IMG/VR virus record: IMGVR_UViG_3300007345_000047 | DNA from: a virus | DNA length: 55,706 bases | Strand: one strand, 5' to 3' | Shown: positions 33,901 to 41,800 of the stretch, piece after piece | Layout of the letters: every line of letters begins with the position of its first letter | How positions within the stretch are numbered: the first letter of the stretch is position 1 | Position numbers and translations under genes: made by a program | The notes under the pieces: generated by a model | What the model saw: the letters and a program-made list of their open reading frames with translations, nothing else | Database searches by the model: none | What the model was told of the DNA's origin: nothing

Positions 33901-36442
33901 GTTCCATCGTGGCGCGGTCATAGAAATAACTGTGTCTCTCGGGGTCGTACCCCACTTGCACGTAGGCAGGATCTGATAGCGCATTGTTCGCCATCTCAAT
34001 AGATTCCTCTACGCTGATCTTCTTCCACTTACCTTTGACTACGGCGATCGTGCTCTTAGCACTGCCCGTTGCAATCTTCTGGGAGATGCCTTCGTGTGCA
34101 CCCAAGGTAGCGTCGGTGACTAATGCCACACTCTCGTAGCCGATAGACTTGCCAGCTTTAAAGCCAGAGCCCTTCTCGTGTACTGAGACCACCCAAGTGC
34201 CGTGCCGTGTGTACGCAGGAATATCCAGACGAACACCAACTTCGTGGCCTTCCTCCAGACTCTTCATTGGCGCACCTATTCGAGCTTGCTTTCCCTTATC
34301 CAGCGACGTGGATACTTCATCCACAGTGGCCGGTGTCGGAACACTCTCGTATGGTGTAACGGGCTTGTACTCGTTAACCAGGCGAGAATACTCTTCCGGA
34401 GTCATTGACCCGTCAGCTACCTGCTTGGCAGCTTCAGTTAACTCTGGGATTCTTTTGGTGACCTCTTTGAAGTACATGTCGATCCGCGGGTTCGCGTGCT
34501 GGATCTTGACATTCTTACCTTTCTTAGGTTCTGCAGGAGCTTCTTCTGTTTGCGTTTCTTCCACCGCTGTGTCGGTATCCGCGCCCGTTTCTACCGCTGT
34601 GTCGGTATCAGTAGTCTCGGCATCCCCATCGACCACAATCTCTGCAGTAGTGTCGGTGAGCGAGTTAATCTTAGGAGCAGCCTGTACCTCTGGCGAGGAC
34701 TCATACACTGGGGGCTTTGCCGGTGCATCCACAGCTCCTTCGGCGGGCTTGATCCTGAAGTTCATCTCTTCATAGATGTCCCGCGCTGTTACCTCAATGC
34801 CTCGCCCCTGCAGCTCTGTAACCTTAGTAGTTACATACGCAGGAATTATCTGGGCGGACATCTCAGCCGTGCCTTTAGCTAACCTGCCGGAAGCTACTAG
34901 CTGGCTTACCACCTCATCGTGGATATCATCAGCTTCAGTTCTGGTGGCCTTATCCTCTTTGGCTAGATTCATCAGCCGCTCTAGCTGGCTGCTGTCTCTG
35001 TTCTGAATCTCGAATTGTGTGTACGAGTCTGCAGACCGCTTCATGTGCGGGCGCAGTGCCTCAGTGAGCTGCTCGTCTCCGATTATGTCGAGAGCGAATG
35101 AGTCCACAGTTAAGGAGACATCCTGGCCGGAACCCATCTGGTCTTGAAGTGTGGTGGGAACAGTTAGTCCGGCATCCATTGCCGCCTGTATTCCTTCTGG
35201 AGAGATGTAAACCCTGTCATCGGGATCCATATCCTTAAAGAATTGTCTGGCAACATCAGGAGCCTCTTGGTTCAGCTTCATGCTCAGGATCGAGGATATC
35301 ATCCCGTCGAGAGACTGCTGCTCATTTACAGAGCCAAGGTCTTTCTCAAAGTTCTGTTGTACTCGGAGTTCGACAGCATCGAATGGAAGAGTGGCAGCTC
35401 TCATCGCTCCACCCATCGGACCGCCAGCTACCATGCCCGCAAAGCCTCTATCGAGACTCTCTGCGACAGACATCTCCGCTCCGGTTCCCATTGTCTCGCC
35501 GACGTATTCTACTTGTTCTTGTACGAATTCTGTTAAGCCCTCTACGGCTCCACGCTTCGCTATCTCACCGGCAGCAGCTCGTAGTGTTGGAGACGTGAGC
35601 TTATTCCCCAGCATGCCCAGAGCACCTTTGGCCGAGAGTCTGTCAATCAAAGTCACAGCGACCGCAGTCGGAACTGACTTAACTAATTCCATTGGGTCTA
35701 CTGCTCCCCCTCCGGCATTTTCAGTTCTGGACTCGGCTATCTCTTGTGTACGAGAGGCTAGGTATGCGGGAAGAGTTGCCATCATTCCTGCGATATCAAC
35801 AAAGGACTGTGCCCCAGTCTCCATCACATATCCGGCCAGGTTAGCTACAGAGGGCTCTCCTTTAAGGTCTTCCCAGCTGTACTGCTGCTCGTAGCCGAGA
35901 CCGCCTTCGGAAATTGCCTTTCCTAGATAGTCCATCTTCTCTGATAGATTGAGGGATCCTTCCTCGGCTAGACCCAATTGTTCTGCCATCATCTCGTAGC
36001 CGGACACAGCGGTGCCGGCAAACTGAATCAGGTTACCTGTGAGAGTGTTAGCGCGTTCGCCCATGCCCAGGCCGACATTCTTCCAGTAGCTGCCCTTCCT
36101 TCTCTGGGCGAGCTCAAAGCTCTTCATGCCCTCTAAGTCATCGACGGTCATGCGAGCTTGCTTGGGATCTGCCATCCACAGTGCTACACCAGGTGTCTCC
36201 TGCTGGAGACGCATGGCATCTATGTTCATCTGCCGTCTGGTTCTGTTGGTCTCTGCCGTCTCTATATCTGATTCAGCAGAAGTGAAGGGAACCCCAGTCT
36301 GCTGAGACACGGTCTCAGCCCTGCGAGCTGTCGAAGGGTCATCGACTTCTAGGGCTAGTCCGAGAGACTCATTAAGTTTCTGGGTTTCTCTTTCTTCTTT
36401 CCATTTGGTGGCTTTCGCAATAAGTTCTTCATCTACAGGCAT
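27917..36442 (-). CDS. Giant (2841 aa) virion-associated polyvalent / ejection protein
   Basis: Single uninterrupted ORF with a Gly/Ala-rich N-terminal region and zincin motif FLHEAGHLFLE. The YHGTTASNIMGF region is possibly ART-like. Confidence 0.75.
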   Translation of the reverse strand: MPVDEELIAKATKWKEERETQKLNESLGLALEVDDPSTARRAETVSQQTGVPFTSAESDIETAETNRTRRQMNIDAMRLQQETPGVALWMADPKQARMTVDDLEGMKSFELAQRRKGSYWKNVGLGMGERANTLTGNLIQFAGTAVSGYEMMAEQLGLAEEGSLNLSEKMDYLGKAISEGGLGYEQQYSWEDLKGEPSVANLAGYVMETGAQSFVDIAGMMATLPAYLASRTQEIAESRTENAGGGAVDPMELVKSVPTAVAVTLIDRLSAKGALGMLGNKLTSPTLRAAAGEIAKRGAVEGLTEFVQEQVEYVGETMGTGAEMSVAESLDRGFAGMVAGGPMGGAMRAATLPFDAVELRVQQNFEKDLGSVNEQQSLDGMISSILSMKLNQEAPDVARQFFKDMDPDDRVYISPEGIQAAMDAGLTVPTTLQDQMGSGQDVSLTVDSFALDIIGDEQLTEALRPHMKRSADSYTQFEIQNRDSSQLERLMNLAKEDKATRTEADDIHDEVVSQLVASGRLAKGTAEMSAQIIPAYVTTKVTELQGRGIEVTARDIYEEMNFRIKPAEGAVDAPAKPPVYESSPEVQAAPKINSLTDTTAEIVVDGDAETTDTDTAVETGADTDTAVEETQTEEAPAEPKKGKNVKIQHANPRIDMYFKEVTKRIPELTEAAKQVADGSMTPEEYSRLVNEYKPVTPYESVPTPATVDEVSTSLDKGKQARIGAPMKSLEEGHEVGVRLDIPAYTRHGTWVVSVHEKGSGFKAGKSIGYESVALVTDATLGAHEGISQKIATGSAKSTIAVVKGKWKKISVEESIEMANNALSDPAYVQVGYDPERHSYFYDRATMEPIVGAVEVLQVGPLTLAKNPTYGDSSDFLYQAEVDLTGDNVTLKSITSGEKIDGIPEKGKVTASMLATRLDELIAEEHGGPLRERTEENKAIIVETMKEEVKWALSQSGNGADWYSTSIESAMHYAALIHPELQTDPEALVIFKLAMAISSNMADVESNSKHAEEVYSYYKKKKKFPIIGWSTTIAANKGHFKLMNSLISGMGMKDTVRMLENPITVRDLAEFTGITVSGELQDTVVNGSMILGPKLGAFYQNLSGNYDPITMDRWFMKTWGRWTGTNMPIREDAMHAESKKGDKSSTRAAKFRAAIKALPPRTPGINKALLMKDDDALLELAKEYRARYARSKYKDKSDINKTAKNLYEAVNDPVIEPGNGSNRNWIREVSYEGLAQLKAEGIELNAATFQALVWYLEKDLYVTNGVGSKKTEATDYEEEFRRLATARLGESEVESNRPDSAKSKRGSKRRSDTGTEPTAPPEFQKDESSLVLNQSDVEKARQDKFNEALAELESLGVRITDDVEFDLQEISETAMLDAVNEQTSYKGRDAIEAVDWIKGVEKFGEEGMTFSARMQRAKEMGFDTENIYYHGTTASNIMGFVLDRFDNGRDFIFVTPDPDFASTFAGYNEGFVPPSGISVGPVYPLLIKKDKLLDHQNLTEDEYNDLHQHIQIELEATGTPGDQLKAGADWRMRAIESGNWEIVEKDSAIQVAIRDMQYTAFTVLEGGDPKRGNNDPDNIKNTAIFDPAHIRSINAVFDPDRANEATILAQKKPGKDAPRGSIEIMKSGEKLIELAAGSDKSTFLHEAGHLFLETEKSLAAKYGLGDNQKAMLKMLGVDSFDAIGVKEHELWARTFEDYLRTGKAPTRGLRAAFLQFSKWLGQIYKSMRQLGLPLNKEITEIFDRMLATEAEIANVAAGAEYEQLFKGKERAGMTDKQWESYQKSLETRKKNAEMTLFEKLLKELGARRSKEWNEEKKPLIAEQKEKLAGQPVYQAMGIMKDLPLDRDAVVAAMGVESLPKKTKLQFLTKKGGDDPELLAEQLGFASVEEMVTAVHNAEGITAAADAAAEEIMVAKYGDMLNDGTIEAEAREAMHNEAQADLMLKELRAIKSRSRKKSTPDVDKEFLKAKAAQSVGTMTYGELKPERFHRAEVRAAQDAARAKTAEAAYDAKLQQIANHYLFLAALKARKDAITYRDYIRGVQKRDYKTTQVDAEYIQSMKRLAKMYDTSSRPKEGKRVKAARDFANWIAGQQRDGVDVNLKDLNVIELRAGLEYLPTFDEMTLEQLESVSDQLKHLRFVGGQIAAEDKGPLSMERNAMLAQLEEMGESKSKADWEASSRHRMRGWIQHAIHLVPSLRNMIRDLGDGAFFDSVYRRISNAENAKLNILEDFYGKLDELFADADLTGIADSSASVRSVTKEDGSKWHLSARQRFMLAAYWGTDTSQEAVRKGFDVTDNDVMRMMEQMSEQELDMVQSLWELSDHMKTPLFQATHDREGVAPPLETHMPFTVNGKTMRGGHMTLIYGGSGGDIDAKVRLDEDPLNTVNSLSNSKATAATARSGSGGRKPLLEVQNIYRVIEENAHYIAYATTATELQSLFNDKEVRTSLADKFGEGFDKAMMQSIQGLTTNLKEQDPIPALAAIIRQIRYSKSMMYLAYNVKNIMQQVASVLPSMAEMGPINYSSASLAFHGNFAENRAFVEEKSAQMRARKAHLNREAADLMKRVESGSKAEAALNKFAQHGFTPHVMLDMVVSYPTWLATYSNEMTKHGDEELAILNADVTVAETIGSGMDLHLGKIFRSNEAAYMKMLTVFGSWFNSSIFQRAYRNTRGGKEWMSIPAFEALVLTPMLTMVLSEVIAMNIPKLDDDERDDEFPLKVAKWLGLGYTGFMGATIPIFGDLLPGQSNFKPSTLMDDAIGTVQQLPSQGPKLLEAVTNPSWANTAETLENFIKVAGTFIALPGSGNVVRMLDYTKSALEGNEKAPETIPEVVGAALQPFVEGRDKN

Positions 36443-38070
36443 TATGGTCTCTTATCTTCTGCATCGGTTAGAGTTGTGAACACGTAGGCAAGCTCCCTAT
36501 TGGTGTAGGTGTTTCCGGTGTCGCCGAGTAGGGTCTTGGCGTACTCGAATGCTTCAGGATCCAGGCTCTGAATGTAGCTAAGTGCCTGTCCCTGCTTCTC
36601 GGGAGTCATATCATCCCACAGTGTGTATCCGGTGGGGTCTGTGCCTATGAACCTCTCTGCGGTGGGAAGTTCTAGCATCATCTTGTCGATGGCTATACGC
36701 TGCTCATTGCCATCTGGGTCTCGACCCTCGTGATCGTTCCTGTATTCGAACACGTATCTCTCGAATTGTCTACGATATTTAGCCTCCATACCCCTGTTGG
36801 CCATGCCCCCCGTGACCTCCATAACCTTGGAGTTGATCATCTGAGTGCCGGTGAAAACTGGATTCGACTCTATCCCATCGAAGCTCTCGGTGCTCACTTC
36901 AGCCCACTGCTCGTAGTCTGACCGGCTTAACGTATGAGAGATCTCCATAAAGTACTCGCTCAGTTCCAGAGGACTACCTCTGCCTCCCTGATATATACTG
37001 TACAACTCATCAAGGGTCTCTCTGGGCGTAACGGGGTCTTGGTCTCTGATATAGTTTCTGTGGGCGACCATCATATTCTCGACGATGCTGGGCTCCATTC
37101 TGTTCAGCTCTTCCTCGGGGATAGTCTCTGGGTCTAGGCCGTTCAACCGTACCTCATTGAAGTACGCTTGGTGCAGCTCTTTCTGTTCAGTCACAGCATC
37201 TCTTTTCTGTCGTCCGATCTCTGCGTCTCGTCTGTTCCAGTGCGCGGATAGCCTCGACTCAGCCTTCTCTCGTACTTTAGGGTCCAGACCTTTTAGGGAT
37301 TCAAAACCTTCCTCGAACGAGAGGTCGCTGGCCGCATCAGCCGCCTCGATTGATTGCTCCAGTACTGACTCATCTTCTGCGACACGGGTTAGCTGCGCTC
37401 TTACCTCAGAAGGAATGTTCTGAGCCCACTCCTCCTGCAGAGCCTCTAGTCTTTGCTCTGGGGGCAGCTGCTCGATCTTAGCTCTGGCCGTATCGTTGCG
37501 CCAGTCCAGTTTCATTTGGGCAGCGCGAGCTGGCTCCAGGTAGTTCATGTCCACTGCGCTGTCTATAAGGTGGTCGTTCGTCTTCATCGCAGCGAGCGTG
37601 TCGCCATTGAGTGCGGCATCTCGGTTGCTGGCCATGCCCTCGACGATGTAAGCCCGCTGGTATTCTCCCTCTACGCCTTTGGCGTGATTCTTTATTTTCT
37701 CAAGACCTTGGGTGAACTGAAGATCCGCATCGAGATTGAATTGTGCTCGGGCTGCTGGGTCTGAGATAAGGCTTGCCGCAGACTCCATGTGCGTCTTCAT
37801 GTTGTTGGTGTACCGATCCGGTATTGTGGAGTAGTCTTCGTCGTCGTTGTAAGCGTTGTCCTCTATGGTCGCCGCCTTCAGGAGCTCCGTACGCGCCTGA
37901 GCCATCTCGTAGCTCGTCTTACGCTTGTACATGTCGTCGCCGACTCGACCCAGCTCATTAGACAGCTGCTGTGCACCAGTACCCACAGCACTGATGTCGG
38001 CTACCTGCACTCTCTGCTGGCCCGATACTTGGGTTCTGCTTATGTCACTGGCTCTGGGTATTTGAGGCAT
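36442..38070 (-). CDS. Internal virion protein (hypothetical)
   Basis: 542-aa ORF with an ATGA-type overlap with the giant gene. Confidence 0.6.
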   Translation of the reverse strand: MPQIPRASDISRTQVSGQQRVQVADISAVGTGAQQLSNELGRVGDDMYKRKTSYEMAQARTELLKAATIEDNAYNDDEDYSTIPDRYTNNMKTHMESAASLISDPAARAQFNLDADLQFTQGLEKIKNHAKGVEGEYQRAYIVEGMASNRDAALNGDTLAAMKTNDHLIDSAVDMNYLEPARAAQMKLDWRNDTARAKIEQLPPEQRLEALQEEWAQNIPSEVRAQLTRVAEDESVLEQSIEAADAASDLSFEEGFESLKGLDPKVREKAESRLSAHWNRRDAEIGRQKRDAVTEQKELHQAYFNEVRLNGLDPETIPEEELNRMEPSIVENMMVAHRNYIRDQDPVTPRETLDELYSIYQGGRGSPLELSEYFMEISHTLSRSDYEQWAEVSTESFDGIESNPVFTGTQMINSKVMEVTGGMANRGMEAKYRRQFERYVFEYRNDHEGRDPDGNEQRIAIDKMMLELPTAERFIGTDPTGYTLWDDMTPEKQGQALSYIQSLDPEAFEYAKTLLGDTGNTYTNRELAYVFTTLTDAEDKRP

Positions 38071-38073
38071 TCT

Positions 38074-38538
38074 TTATGTTCCTTCTTTCGCCGGTCTCTT
38101 AGAGGCGTAGTCGTACGCGCCACCCAGTGCAGTTGCTGCTGCTCCGAGGTACGCATTGTTGCGTGCGCTCTTGCCGCCCGCTCTGGTCGTTGCCGCGCCG
38201 GTAATGAGTTCTCGTGCTTGCATCTCACCTTCATACAGTGCTGCCAGCTCGTTGTACCTGCCCGCTCCTCCTATTCGTGCAATCTGCCGAGTGGAGGCCG
38301 CGTCACCTGCGAAGCCGGATCCGGCCTGGATAGAGGCTGCATCTGACATGGTGCGCGTGGTCTGTCTTACGATTTCCTGCGAACGGGTGTGTGCATCGCG
38401 TCGAGCGACACTGGCATTTGCCTCCATCTGAGACGCAGCAGAGTCGGCCTGTGCTTTAGCTGCACGGCCTTTCTGTATCTGCGATCCCACACTGAAGACC
38501 GTGGATGCCACCATTAGTGGTACGGATGCTTGTGCCAT
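38074..38538 (-). CDS. Internal virion protein (hypothetical, Ala/Gly-rich)
   Basis: 154-aa ORF in the structural block. Confidence 0.55.
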   Translation of the reverse strand: MAQASVPLMVASTVFSVGSQIQKGRAAKAQADSAASQMEANASVARRDAHTRSQEIVRQTTRTMSDAASIQAGSGFAGDAASTRQIARIGGAGRYNELAALYEGEMQARELITGAATTRAGGKSARNNAYLGAAATALGGAYDYASKRPAKEGT

Positions 38539-38879
38539 CGGTACACGTCCCCCTGTGCGTTAGTTTGGTGATACTCAAAGCCCACTTTCTCTAGGACTTT
38601 AGGTGCATTATTTTCCCCTACATCGGCCACTGCGTATACCACATCGTAGTTGCTCTGTAGGAATATGTCGAAATCTTTAATGACCCGCATTATCCTTTTC
38701 GGATACTTACGCATCGGCTCCTCAATGTGAGCGAACGCATAGGGCGGCTCTGTATGGATTACCCCAGCTGCTGCTATCGGTACTCCATCTTCTTCAGCCA
38801 CAATGGCTCTAACTGTAAATCCCAGCGTGTCGAGGCCGAAGCTACTCAAGTCTTGCGCTGCCATCGGTCGGATCATCAA
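38514..38879 (-). CDS. Possible GNAT-like acetyltransferase
   Basis: 121 aa. IRPM..QD N-terminus and a NAPKVLEKVGFEY-type C-terminal element. Weak. Confidence 0.35.
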   Translation of the reverse strand: MMIRPMAAQDLSSFGLDTLGFTVRAIVAEEDGVPIAAAGVIHTEPPYAFAHIEEPMRKYPKRIMRVIKDFDIFLQSNYDVVYAVADVGENNAPKVLEKVGFEYHQTNAQGDVYRWHKHPYH

Positions 38880-41800
38880 TGTCTTCTACCTCATAAGTTA
38901 TGGCGAGAACCTGCGCGGGGCCAGTGGCCTCTAGCGTTATTCTAGCATCTGTATCGTATGTACCGTTAAACTCGAATGACATCTCGTCGTAATCAACGTA
39001 TAACCACGACCTTTGGTCAGAGGCGAGCAGTCCACCGGACCCACCCGCGAAGAACACATTTGCCTTTCTGGAAGCCAGCGATGTTATCCCAGTGAAACCC
39101 GTGTACGTGGCGTACGTGGTCGGGGCAGTGGGGTCTCGGAAGTCTAGCACCACGCCGGTAGTGGCGGTATTCACGTACAGCCAGGGGCTGTATGCGACCG
39201 CATCCACCATGCCGACCGTGCTCGCGTTCGTTATCGACCCCACATACACTGCGGTGGGGAGCTGGTCGATAGAGTAAGCGTGTACCTTGCCCAGAGATGG
39301 CTCCATAACGTACAGCCACCCGTCATCTACTATGCAGCCGGTAGCCGCACTCGCTACTCCGGACATAGAAATAATACTATCTGTCATAGCCGTTGGGTCA
39401 GTAACATTAGTCACGTGGATGTCATCCTCCCACGCCGTTATAACGTACGTCCCTATTGTGCCCATCTTGATCGGGTTAGGGGGGTTAGAGCCGTACGTCA
39501 GCGCGACCTCGCCCACCACTGCTGGAGCTGTAGGGTCGCTGACATCAATCGCAGCAAGGCTACCATTGGTGTCTTGGCTGGGGACATAGACCACATCTCC
39601 CACTTTTACAATCGCCGAGCTCGGGGTCTGTACTATCCCCTCGTCGTAGCCGACTTGGCTCGGGCTCGTATTGGTACTGATGTCTACCACTGCGAGGCCG
39701 CGGTTAAGTGTCCCGTCATCGTCCTCTCGGGTCACCACGTATGCGTAGTCTCCGTCTACTAGCATCGCGTAGCCGAGCAGGTCATCGCTCGACACACTAG
39801 ATGTCAAGTTCAGGAATGAGACATCTGTAAGAATATCAAGGTCACTGGCATCCACTGCTCGGAATGCTCCTGCGCGGGGGGCCAGCTGATCGGACACCTT
39901 GGTCCAGGCCGTGTCGTCCGTGTTGAATGCCCACAGTTGCGCCATAAGGTCTGCGCCAGTACCCAGCTTGGTGCCGCCCCAGATGTAGAAATTGTTATTA
40001 GCCGTGTCCATCGCCATGCCGAAGTCTGTGCGGCCCCACGGTTCTGTAACGCCTTGACTCCCGTACGTGCCGGTGAAAACAGCACCCCACGTGTTCCCAG
40101 AGATGTCGTACCTGTTCACGTCGATATCGTAGTTGGTTGTCCCCACCCGCGGCTTGCCGGACCAGTCGTAGAGATACCCGTCGTTTCCGGCGACGATCTG
40201 GTGGTCCTCTTTGGCCACGGGGTGGCTGGCTATAGCCGCCATCGTGTTCGTGCCAACGGTGTAGCTGTAGCAGCGGTTCGAGTCAACAAGAGCCGTTGGT
40301 CCGTACCCACAGGTTATGTAGATTACTCCAGCACCCGTACCCGACTGCACGGCGACCATGTCGTGCTGCTCTTTAGCCTCTATCGTTCCGGAGAACGCAG
40401 TGTACGACCATGTGTCCGTGGCGATAGTGTAGATCTGCCATGTGGTTGTAGGCCCGCCCCCATCTCCTCCGTACTGGTAGATAACCCCATTGTACGCGGC
40501 CATCGCCGCGTCATCCCTGTGGGTGGTGGGTTGCGATACGGTTAACCACGCGGACGTAGCTACGTCATACGCCTGGAACCCGCTGGCGTTATTGTGGAAG
40601 AGGTAGATCACGCCGTTGTGTTCTGTCGAGCATCCGGTGCTGAACCCGTTGGGGATGTCGGTGAGGACCGCCAAGGCTGCGGTGCTAATGTCGTACTCAT
40701 ACCACTGGGTGAGGCCAGCTGCGCCGCCGCCGAGGTACAGCTTCCCGTTGTAGTACTCCATAGCTTGGTGATTATTCGAAGTGGGGGGCGCGGGAACGTC
40801 TGAGCACGCGGCGTACACGTAGTTGCCCTGCACATCTAAGTCGTTGATCGTCAGCCCCGTAAGGGTGTCGGTGATGGTTGGTTCTGGCTCAGTCGTAGGA
40901 GCCCTTGCCCTTCCCCTATCTATCTCTGGCATGTCGGATAGGGTGCTTGAGTCTGGACCGTACCTAAAGTTCCGGAGGGCAACTGACCGCATGACCAGAC
41001 CAATTTGGACTACTCGCTTGCGGTAGTTTAGAACAGTGTTAGTCACATACCTGGCCAGCTTATTACTTTTCCACGTAGCCGTGTGCCGTAAGCCCACAAC
41101 AACATCTGTCCAGTCACTCTCGTTCAGAGTTATGGATCCACTGGCGACTATGTCTCGGCCTTTCTCTACGCCGTCAGCCCACACATATACGGTAAGCCCC
41201 TCTAGGTGGTCGAGGCCGCTGAAGGTTGCACCTGGAGACGCTGCGTACACGTGAGAGTCGTAGTGGCGGGAGTCAGCCCCACCTATGCTCTCGGAGAACT
41301 TAGCAAGCCTCTCTATGTATCTGGTTCCGTCGCGCTCTACTACCATGTAGATCTCGTCCTCGTTACCAGTGGGCGCGGAGACCATGTCTTCCACAGTCCC
41401 GCCCCCGCCGAGAGTGATTCTCGACCAGGCTGTAACCTCTTCGACGTTGTCAAAAAGCAGCACACGGACACTGCCGTCAGTCAAAAGACAGTACATGCGT
41501 GGCTCTGGCTCACTGGAGTAGATGATTCTCTTCACGCCTGGGTCAAGTATCTCCGGATGCAAGAGCGTGGTGTCGTGCGCTTGGATCTGCTCGCCTTTAA
41601 GCCCGCTGAGTGCGTACAGCTTCTTCAGGCCGCGATTAACGAAGTATATGATCTGGTCTACTATCTGAGGTCTAATGCGAGCAGAGCCCTTGTTAGAGCC
41701 TCTGCGTACGTTAGCGTTGCTAGATGTAATTGCCTCAAAGTCTCCGCTAGAACTGATCTGCACTTCTTCTGAGCTCAAGCCCATCATAAGCACATCCCCG

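Noticed and set aside
34149-35894. Long antisense ORFs inside the giant virion gene (34149..34775, 35280..35894). Similar ones occur elsewhere, for example 50359..51111 antisense to terL and 39937..40545.
   Set aside because: Their composition is Ser/Ala/Cys/Arg-rich and junk-like. They have no start context and are fully nested in well-supported genes. They show that 200-250-codon spurious ORFs occur here, which is why ORF length alone is not used as evidence for the MTase frame-B ORF.
27917-36442. Virion RNA polymerase (N4-like or crAss-like) within the giant protein
   Set aside because: Reading the translation showed no DxDGD two-barrel motif and no T7-like polymerase motifs. The sigma70-like promoters elsewhere argue for at least early and middle use of the host polymerase. 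A remote homologue cannot be excluded without profile searches.
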